Notes under the pieces: generated by a model | What the model was told of the DNA's origin: nothing | The model's input: only the letters and a program-made list of their open reading frames with translations | Databases searched by the model: none | Shown here: positions 60,097-64,000 of the stretch, in pieces | How the letters are laid out: the number at the start of each line of letters is the position of its first letter | How positions within the stretch are numbered: the first letter of the stretch is position 1 | Program-made: the position numbers and the translations under genes | Assembly: GCA_903889905.1 (NCBI GenBank) | Contig: CAISZI010000053.1 | Span: 74,599 to 138,598 of the forward strand | Reading direction: 5' to 3' | Source: Candidatus Wirthbacteria bacterium | GTDB lineage: Bacteria; Patescibacteriota; CG2-30-54-11 | Length of the DNA stretch: 64,000 nt

Positions 60097-60808
60097 GTTG
60101 TTTGCCTGTCTTTTCTACTGTCGCAGCAACCTTTGTGGCCTGTTGCTGAATTCGTATTATGTTGTGGTGCGGTCTGCCATTGACTAAGCCTTATCAAGCA
60201 GTTGTTGTGCAAAGATAAAATGATGCAAAAACGTGTGATGTGATGGTTGTTGGCACGGGTTTGACGTTGTCCTTGGCATGCACCAAACGGCTTAATAACT
60301 GCGCTTGGTTTTCGTCTCTTATTGGTTAAAATGGCAGTTTGAGAAGCTGCTGAAAGGCTTACTTTTTAAACAGGAATATTTTGTCTAAGCCTCTCAAAAT
60401 GATTGAAAATGCTATATAAACAAAGGCTTAGACACCAAAAATAGCGTTGACTTTTGTTCTAAAAATGCTACACTGCGAGTGCTTTTCCAAACCCTTCACA
60501 GAAACCAAGTTTAAGCTTGCAATCAAACGACGAACCAAGGCCAGGGTGAGAGGAAAAGTTTTAAATCAAAACATCCCAACATTTGCCCGCGAGTTCAGTT
60601 AAGGCAGGCAGGCAAATGGTTGGGAAAAGCTATGCAGGAAAACCAAGCATGAGCGCAAAGTTATATATAAGTATCTTAAGAGAAGAAACAGGGGATTTGA
60701 CAAAAGATCAAAATGCGGTACAATCAGGAGATTTATTCGGTATGAATAAATTAAAAAATCCAGCCCCAGAATGTTAAAACAAAAACCAAAAGCCAAACAG
60801 TGGCCAGC

Positions 60809-63800
60809 AATGGCTGTTGTTGCAAAGCACCAGAATCCCCCCTCCCGGAGCGGGCAAGGGAGAGCTGGTGCTTTGGCGTCTGGATTTAAGCGCCTTTTGG
60901 GTAGTTTTAACTTTTGGAAAAAAACATTTGCGACCGTTTCGATTTTTTTCTACGTTTTTGGACTGGTGCCTTGGGATCAGCTGAATTTTGCCCATGCCGC
61001 CGTAGCACAGACAATCAACTACCAGGGGCGCCTGGCGGACTCAAATGGCAATTTGCTGGGAGGAACCACCGGTATCCCCTATTGTTTTTACTTTGCCGTG
61101 TATGACGACGCTTTGTCCGGCAATCGCGTTTGGCCATCGGCTGGCAGTTACGAAGTTCAGGATGGCGTGCAGGTTACCAATGGCGTGTTTAACCTGCAAA
61201 TTGGTGCGCAGATCGCTAACGGCTTTGATCCCAGCAACTGGGTGGGCGGGATGGCCTGGGATGAACGGGGCAATGCGTTATATCTCCAGATCTCCGTCGG
61301 CTCCAACGGCTGTACCGCCATGGAAGACCTTGCCCCACGTGAAAAAATAACGTCCGTTGGCATGGCGATGGATTCCGGACGGCTCGGGGGCAAGACCGAA
61401 GCCCAATTCGCCACGCTTGCCGAAAACGAAACCATTACCGGCAACTGGACATTTAACGGGACCATCAATCAGCAAAAGGATTCAACCACCGCGCTCACCG
61501 TCGGCAATGGAACCAATAACACGCTGATTGTGGACACGACCAATCACAAAGTATCGATTTCGGATGGGACCAATAGCGAACTTTTGGTGGATGGATCGAC
61601 CAAGACCGTTACAGCTGGCGCGGCAGTTGATCGCACCACCGTTAACGTTTTTGGCAACCTGAACCTCAAAGGCAAGACGGACCTGATTACCACCAACACC
61701 GCGACGGCAAATTCCGTGTTTGTCTACGACACGACGGCAGACAGTGACAATGGCAGCTGGCGACAGGGCAATCTGGCCAAAACAACGACCTGGTTCAACG
61801 AAGGCCTGAATACCTCGACTCGCGGCGCCACGCAGGCCTTCCCCACCAAAGCTACGATTGTCGCAGCCAATGACCACGTGCTGATTTATGATGCACAGAA
61901 CAATGCACTTTGGATGCAGTTTGATATGGGCGCCAACTTTGCCCTGGGCGCTGGCGTCAACAATTTTCCAATTTCGGTGTTTGCTCAGGATGGCAAAATT
62001 TACGTCGGCACAACCGGGAGTGCGGCGAGTGGCCTTTATGTCATCGACTTTGTGCACGACCGCATCACCCGCTACGACAGCACGGATGCGCGTGATTTTT
62101 TCCGTCATCTCGTTGACCGTAACGATGGCGGTGGTCTTGCCTATACGAATACTGGCAAAGCTTCCCTCGCGATCGTGAGCAACAAGGTCAACAATGTGCA
62201 GGTCAAAACCATCAACGGTAAGCAATTTGTGGTGCTGGCCACTGACAGCGGCGTGTCGGTGATCAACACCACGGATGGCTTTGTGAATAATTATGCGAAC
62301 GTCGCTAATGACGATTACAATGCCGCGCAGCTCACCAGTGCCGGCAATTTGTATGCCGTGAATGAAACGCAGGCACAACTGGAACTCTGGACCAATGCGC
62401 AAAACGATCTCGCCAGTCGCATTGGCGTTTCCCCGAATTTTGTCTGGACCAATGCCACCACGCCAGCGCTGGTCAATACTGGCGCAGCACCCTCGATCGT
62501 GGTTGGCTCCAATCAGTTGCTTGTCCTGGAACATGCCTCAGCCGTGGATGATACGTCCGATCGCATCTACCTCGGCCTGGGGTCAGGATTGACCGAAATT
62601 GATGACAAAGCCATGGATCACACCAGCGGTGCGGTCAAATATCTAAGCAGCGCCTCGATTTCCGAAATCATGTCCGGCGATGTGCGGCTGATGGTGCCGA
62701 TGACCAACAGCGCTGCCAATACGACCGTGACCGACCTCTCGGCCAAACGCAATACACTCGCTTCGAATAACAATACCAGCACACAGGCGCTTGCCGGCGG
62801 CATTCGTGGTAACGGGTTTGTCTTCAACGGCACGTCGGATTACATTACCCTGACGCATAACGCCAATGTCGATTTTGGTGCCAACAGCGATCAGGGTATC
62901 AGCGTGTGGGCCAAGGTCGGCGACACGGTGGGCGGGGCCATGCAGCTGGTGGATGCTTATAACAGCGGGGCTTCGACTGGCTTCCAGGTTTATATCGACA
63001 CCAATGGCCATGTTGTTTATCAAATCGGCGACGGCACGCTGACCCCATCTGTAACCGGCAATGTCGCGGTGGATGACAGCAGCTGGCACCACATTGTCGC
63101 GGTGAGAAGTCGCGCGGCCAAACAATTACAAATCTGGATTGACGGCGTGCTCGACAACAGCGCTACCGATACCACCACCGCGTCGCTCGCCACGTCTGCT
63201 AATTTGCGCATTGGTGCACAGAATGCACCCGGCCGGTACGTAAGTGGTGACATGGACGAACTGATGATCACGGCCGGACTGATGGATGGTGGCTTGATCA
63301 AAAAGATTCATGATACAGGACATGCTGCGAGCCAGGCGCATGGCGGTGCCAATTTCCAGCATTTGATTGGTGCCGGCGCCAGTTCGACAACCGTGGACAC
63401 CGTTACGGCAGTGGCCATGGACCAAAGCCGCAACAATCTCTATATCGGCACCAACGACGTCACCACCAATAGCGGGGGCGTGAGCGTTCTCGGCGTTAAT
63501 TCTGACTCGATTGTCGATGGGTATAACAGTGTCAACAACATCAAGCACGATGACTACGCCACGGCTTTTGATGCCAACGACGTTACTTCCATTGCTATCC
63601 TTGGCGACCCCTGCCTGAGTAACACCGGTTCAGGTTCGCGCTGCAACAACAGCGGCACCCTGGCGGTTGTGGGAACCAATGACGTCAGTGCCCGCGTCTG
63701 GGTGGAACGCAATGATTATGATGTTTACGAATCTTTGAGTTCCGCGACATCCTCCAACCTGGTCAAAAACACGATTACGGCCACCTCCATGTTCCGGGTA

Positions 63801-64000
63801 TACGATCCTACTTCAGCCAGTCGCCAGGATGTCTCGAGCACGGATGGCAACGTCATGATTTCTCCGATTTTTCAGATTGATTCTTCTGGTGCTACCGGCA
63901 ACGTGAGCGGCACGGCGTTTGCCAATGTGTCCATGGCCGACATGCTGCAGGACCCCAGTTTTGAAAAAGACGCGGGCACGGGAATTGCAGCCTACTGGGA
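60809..64000 (+). CDS. Very large secreted/surface protein with a LamG/concanavalin-A-like lectin domain. 5' part only, continues beyond the window
   Basis: Manual translation from the ATG at 60809 is open to the window end (>1060 codons). It is absent from the ORF track, presumably because no stop codon occurs in the window. N-terminal signal/TM segment. Thr/Asn/Gly-rich repeats. LamG-like segment GNGFVFNGTSDYITL...SWHHIVAV...LQIWIDGVL...DMDELMI. Confidence 0.75.

Noticed and set aside
60583-60777. 64-aa ORF in the leader of the giant surface-protein gene
   Set aside because: No RBS or conservation signal is visible. It could be a leader peptide but there is no evidence for that.

Overview
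The window reads as a compact bacterial chromosome segment with roughly 50% GC and mostly short intergenic regions. The low-complexity surface proteins, sortase, type II-like pantothenate kinase and short YidC are compatible with a small-genome Gram-positive-like or CPR-like lineage, but I cannot verify the lineage from sequence alone.

The clearest accessory feature is a genomic island of about 9.6 kb at 3861..13419. It is bounded by a perfect 22-bp direct repeat that corresponds to the 3' end of a minus-strand tRNA-Ala(CGC) gene at 13399..13475. The island carries a small hypothetical gene, a three-gene Type III restriction-modification-like operon (mod, then an uncharacterised 261-aa gene wedged in, then res), a DUF4268-like putative PD-(D/E)xK protein, and a 561-aa large serine recombinase. 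The recombinase reading frame runs into the tRNA.

The rest of the window is core housekeeping. Left to right: rsfS-obg; an orphan response regulator; a membrane H+-pyrophosphatase; a B12-binding radical-SAM gene; tRNA-Arg(CCT) with nested partial duplications; a pantothenate/CoA biosynthesis supercluster (panE ... coaBC, a pantothenate kinase, panB, panC); tsaC-prmC-prfA-rpmE; dus, trxB, nudix, sortase and thrC; tRNA-Pro(TGG); an rpmH-rnpA-yidD-yidC-jag block with a perfect sigma70-like promoter; an Rrf2-sufBDSUC operon; and finally a cell-envelope region that ends in a very large LamG-domain surface protein running off the end of the window.

Several short dispersed or tandem repeat families were found, one of which shows a compensatory base change. 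No CRISPR array, rRNA, tmRNA or RNase P RNA was found.
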